Origin: Yuukianura sp. NJ FZ-2021
Lineage: Eukaryota
NCBI GenBank assembly: GCA_046563655.1
Contig: CM102286.1
Location: forward strand, 14,756,001-14,820,000
Direction of reading: 5' to 3'
DNA length: 64,000 nucleotides
Shown: positions 62,765 to 64,000 of the stretch, in pieces
How positions within the stretch are numbered: position 1 is the first letter of the stretch
Layout: each line of letters starts with the position of its first letter
Translations under genes and position numbers: made by a program
The notes under the pieces: model-generated
What the model saw: only the letters and a program-made list of their open reading frames with translations
Databases searched by the model: none
What the model was told of the DNA's origin: nothing

Positions 62765-63228
62765 ATGGGCGGCTTCGTTCTAAGAATAAGGAGAAACCAG
62801 GTACAAAACTCACAAAAATTCATCAGAAATTTTCTAAGAAAACTTAAAATTTTTATTAAAGAAATCAAAAAAATATTTATTGTTCATTTTTTTTGTAGGT
62901 CAAGCTTCTGGAGTTGGTCTGCGTAGTGATTTTAAATTTCATCTTCACTGCGCATGGTCGGCCACAAGGTCAAGAGCCAAATTTCAATTTGCCCCAAACT
63001 GGACCTGCTCCGAACTTCAACTTTCAAAGTGGAGCGGGAAACGATTTGCCAGTGCTCCCGCCTGTTTTCGTGCCCGGAGGTCAAGGGGGTGGGGGCGGAG
63101 GGGGTGGGGGTCAACGCCCTGCATTCAGAAACCCCCTGGGAGGAGGGGGTGATGGGGGTCCCTTTAGCTCAGTGACCTCCTCTGTCAACTCATTCTTTAA
63201 CAGAATTTTCAGATTTTTCAGAAACTAA
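62765..63228 (+). CDS. Small secreted Gly/Pro-rich peptide with cationic amphipathic C-terminus
   Basis: Exons 62765-62800 and 62899-63228 in frame; hydrophobic LLELVCVVILNFIFTAHG followed by RPQ; ends SFFNRIFRFFRN. Confidence 0.6.
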
Positions 63229-63604
63229 GGTCAAAGTTCAAAATTTTAAAAATATTTATAGTATTCGCAACAAAATGGATATATTTTGGAATGTTAAACG
63301 AATCGGGTTCTAAACGTATTGACTTTTTGTGCCAATTTTAAAAGTTGTAAAATGTTGGAATTTGAAAATAAATTTGAGAATAAGGTGAAAGTTACATGAT
63401 CAAATGTTTACTTTTCTCTTATTTGTATTTACTATTCTTGACCTATTGACCTTTCAGAAAATTTTCACAACTTTGACAAAACTTTAACTAAACATTGAGA
63501 ACTTTTAACTGTTGTTACCTTGTTAAACTAACACAACTAACCTTAAATTTGATGCACAGTTGGTTTGCACTGACTGCATATTGAACTACAAAAGAGGAAA
63601 AATA

Positions 63605-63680
63605 AATGAGTGGAATGGGATTTGAACCTGTATCGTATCGTTCCGGGGAATCGCTCTCACCATTGAGCTACCCAGTTACA
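63605..63680 (-). mobile_element. tRNA-derived SINE-like element (more diverged)
   Basis: Reverse complement TAGCTCAATGGTGAGAGCGATTCCCCGGA...GGTTCAAATCCC. Confidence 0.55.
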
Positions 63681-63744
63681 GTCTCACTCCTCTTCTAAAA
63701 TCCTGCATTTTACCTAACATTGACAAAGTTACTGGTCGTGAACG

Positions 63745-64000
63745 TTAGTTGTGAACGTTACCGGTTGTGAACATCAGTGGTTGTGAACTTTTGATGCTAA
63801 TTGCTACAAGTAGGTTTGAAGTGTAGACGACGATTGAGTTGAGTATAGGGAGTATCGCCTTGTTCGTCATTGGTAGAAACACGCCAATTCGAAATTCTAT
63901 TGGTCGACGCGTGCGCAGTACTTTTTGCTCCATTTTGGACCATTGACGGACCGTCTCGCGTTTCATTTCTGCTAAAAATTTGGTTGAAAGTGCCGGAACG
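63745..64000 (-). CDS. 3' end of a probable gustatory/odorant-receptor-like membrane protein (continues beyond window)
   Basis: Basic loop RTRRPIEFRIG followed by a TM7-like ILPILNSIVVYTSNLLVAI. Confidence 0.4.
   Translation of the reverse strand, partial: VPALSTKFLAEMKRETVRQWSKMEQKVLRTRRPIEFRIGVFLPMTNKAILPILNSIVVYTSNLLVAISIKSSQPLMFTTGNVHN

Overview
Intron-rich eukaryotic DNA from an arthropod. The gene content (bacterial-type cfa and GH17 genes with introns, F-box expansion, PVR-like kinase) suggests a springtail, but that is inference. From left to right: (1) a kinase-less GH17 glucanase-like gene end abutting a broken ionotropic-receptor pseudogene; (2) an 11-exon gene encoding signal peptide + GH17 beta-1,3-glucanase-like ectodomain + TM helix + PVR/VEGFR-like tyrosine kinase; (3) three tandem F-box genes, two hit by MITE insertions; (4) three tandem single-lobe troponin-C-like EF-hand genes; (5) MOGAT/DGAT2, kindlin/fermitin with a 12 kb intron, glycerate kinase, a secreted Cys-rich protein, a clip-domain serine protease homologue, DHFR, mRpL10 and a divergent LRP5/6 (arrow); (6) an E. 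coli-like cyclopropane fatty acid synthase with spliceosomal introns, two UGTs, a small secreted Gly/Pro-rich peptide and the end of a chemoreceptor-like gene. P-element-type MITEs (CANRG ends, 8-bp TSD) and tRNA-derived SINE-like elements are dispersed through the window. The best candidate for a new system is the GH17-ectodomain receptor tyrosine kinase. Its GH17 domain appears to lack the acid/base Glu and its kinase is non-RD (HAD), which suggests a beta-glucan pattern-recognition RTK with a possible soluble partner next door. Exon boundaries were read by eye from GT/AG sites and frame continuity.
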